Source: Lama glama | Lineage: Eukaryota | Direction: 5' to 3' | DNA length: 64,000 nucleotides | Assembly: GCA_028534125.1 (NCBI GenBank) | Contig: CM052816.1 | Coordinates: 13,022,001-13,086,000, forward strand | In this document: positions 62,166-64,000 of the stretch, piece after piece | Position numbering within the stretch: the first letter of the stretch is position 1 | Layout of the letters: the number at the start of each line of letters is the position of its first letter | Translations under genes and position numbers: made by a program | Notes under the pieces: generated by a model | What the model was told of the DNA's origin: nothing | Seen by the model: the letters and a program-made list of their open reading frames with translations, nothing else | The model's database searches: none

Positions 62166-63439
62166 GTCTCCCTTTGAAGATGAATCAGATGTGTCTGTGT
62201 CTGATTATATTATCATATCCAATCCTTTCTCTTTTGCAAAGAAGTTCTCCAAATTAAGAGCCTCTTAATACCACCCTAAATCCACAGTCTATACAGCAGG
62301 CCTTTGAATTGTCGTGTACATTTTCCTTACAATGAACAAAGAGAAAACTTTGATCTTTTCATTCACCCAGTTGAAACACTGACCTTCGCATGTTGCCTAA
62401 CACAACAGGTGAAGTTACACAATCATTTTATAGCCCAGTCCTCCCTCTGCTCTTGTTACCTCCAACCTTTAAAGGACTGACCCGATGTGAAACCCACAAG
62501 GCTGTCTGGAACTCACACGGTTCTGCATTCACCAAGCGCTGAGCCACGTTTATTAGGCACATTCTTACCAGTCTCAGGTGTGCCAGGTGTCTCAGCTTCC
62601 CTGTATGGAAAAGACATCCCTGCTCCGTTCTCTTTCTCCTTTTGCAAAAACTCTTCGCACCTACTCCCTTGGCCTGCCTGCTTCTGGAACCTCGTTCCTC
62701 TCAGATTTGCATGCTCTGACAAGTGCAAGACTGTTGAACTCTGGTGAAAATTCTGCTCTTTGCCAAGGTCAGGGAGCACCTAGGACTTCACCAAGGGCTG
62801 AGGAAGAGAATCAGCTCTGAAAGTCAGCCCCTGTGTTCTCTTGTCTGCTCTGATGTCTGCCTGGGCATCCCTTCTTCTCCCACTGCCTGGAGGCAATGAC
62901 TAGTCCTGAGAGTGAGATAGTAGAATGACCCACGTTAGCCTGTATCTTCTCAGGGTCAGTTTAGAATATCTGGAACGGAATCAGTTACATGTGAAGTTCC
63001 ACTTATAATCCAATAACCCACTCTTCTTAAATGTGTGTGCATCCAAAACCACCCCTCCTCAGCAGAGCGTTTTTTTGACTCCCTCAGAGATCACCCCTTC
63101 TACTCACTGTGACTAGTTTGCCCATCTGTAAAAGCAAAGAAGCGGATTAAACCATTTCTGAGGTCACTTCCAGCTCTACGGCTCTTCGATTCTAACTTAG
63201 GTTTCCATTTTCCTACACTAGAGTTTTCCCTCCATCCATCCATTTTTTCACTCATCATTGGGGAAAAGAAAATGCATATATGGAGGGCCTGCTAAGCACT
63301 AGATATTGTTCTAGGCAGAGGGGTTAAGTAATAGCCAGGATGGATAACATCTCTCTCCCGTGGGGTGTATAACCTTCTCTCTTTCCTCTCCCCCAAATAT
63401 TTGAAAGGGTAAAGAAAGCTCAGGGTAGATTTGCCCCAA

Positions 63440-63625
63440 CAATGTTGCATGATGGAATGAAACTTGAATTCAAAACCCCTTTCTGTATGTATGACCTTGT
63501 GTAGGTCATTTAAGCTCTCTGAGTCTCTCCCTTTATATGGAAAAATGGAGACCAAAGCCTAGGTCATGGAGTTGCTACAAAGAATAGAAATGTGAGCCCA
63601 GAGCCTTGCACACAGTAAGTGCTCA
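63440..63625 (+). mobile_element. MIR SINE
   Basis: 'tgaccttgtgtaggtcatttaagctctctgagtctc...aaaatggaga...cacacagtaagtgctcag'. Confidence 0.8.
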
Positions 63626-63834
63626 GTCTCAGCAGATGACACTGCTACCGTTGTGAGCAGTAAGAGGCACCAATGCACCCAGCACGATCACTTTAGGCTA
63701 CTTTCCATGTTTTTGTTTAACTAATGGGGTTTTTGCCACAAAGGGCATCTCTTCTAATTTAATCAGGAATTCCGTGTCCACCTCCCTCGATGACATACCT
63801 GGGTTTGCAGCAAGCTGATGCAGTGGGTTGTTCC

Positions 63835-64000
63835 CTGTACTGGTTCTCTATTGCTGTTATGACGAATGACGGCAAATTAAGTAGCAGAAAACAGCACAGA
63901 TTCATTGTCTTACAGTTCTGGAGGTCAGAAGTTGGAAACGGGTCTCACTGGGCTAAGGCAAGTTGTCGGCAGAGCTGCACGGATGCTCTAGGGGAGAATC
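63835..64000 (-). mobile_element. MLT1C/D-type LTR 3' end, runs off the window
   Basis: 'tgtactggttctctattgctg...tcttacagttctggaggtcagaagt...gggtctcactgggctaa...tctaggggagaatc'. Confidence 0.9.

Noticed and set aside
1..64000. Short ORFs of the six-frame track as genes
   Set aside because: Apart from L1 ORF2 remnants, none resembles a protein I know. Many start at TTG or GTG and overlap decayed repeats, as expected by chance in mammalian non-coding DNA.
1..64000. Prokaryotic-type systems (CRISPR, operons, terminators) or a non-retroviral viral insert
   Set aside because: There are no repeat-spacer arrays, no dense coding regions and no obvious compositional break; the sequence is mammalian repeat-rich DNA throughout.

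Overview
This is 64 kb of mammalian nuclear DNA, almost certainly from a camelid (camel, llama or alpaca). It carries a vic-1-type tRNA-derived SINE, several copies of the camelid L1 3' end, and a short Tigger1 derivative. I recognise no protein-coding exon or RNA gene, so the window reads as intergenic or as part of a large intron. Much of it is decayed interspersed repeat: L1, L2, MIR, MaLR/ERVL LTRs, and hAT and Tigger DNA transposons. The only track ORFs with recognisable homology are L1 ORF2 remnants. The unique sequence between repeats looks enhancer-rich, with NF-kB, IRF, STAT, AP-1, RFX and p53-family motif matches and two promoter/first-exon-like segments. I found no convincing new biological system. 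The best observations are unusual insertion scars: a telomeric tract inside a perfect palindrome, a 64-bp L1 endonuclease fragment between 13-bp direct repeats, an L1 stub with a fold-back 5' junction, a doubly truncated L1, and a twin-primed L1. Repeat families were assigned by eye from remembered consensus sequences, and boundaries of old repeats are approximate (tens of bp).
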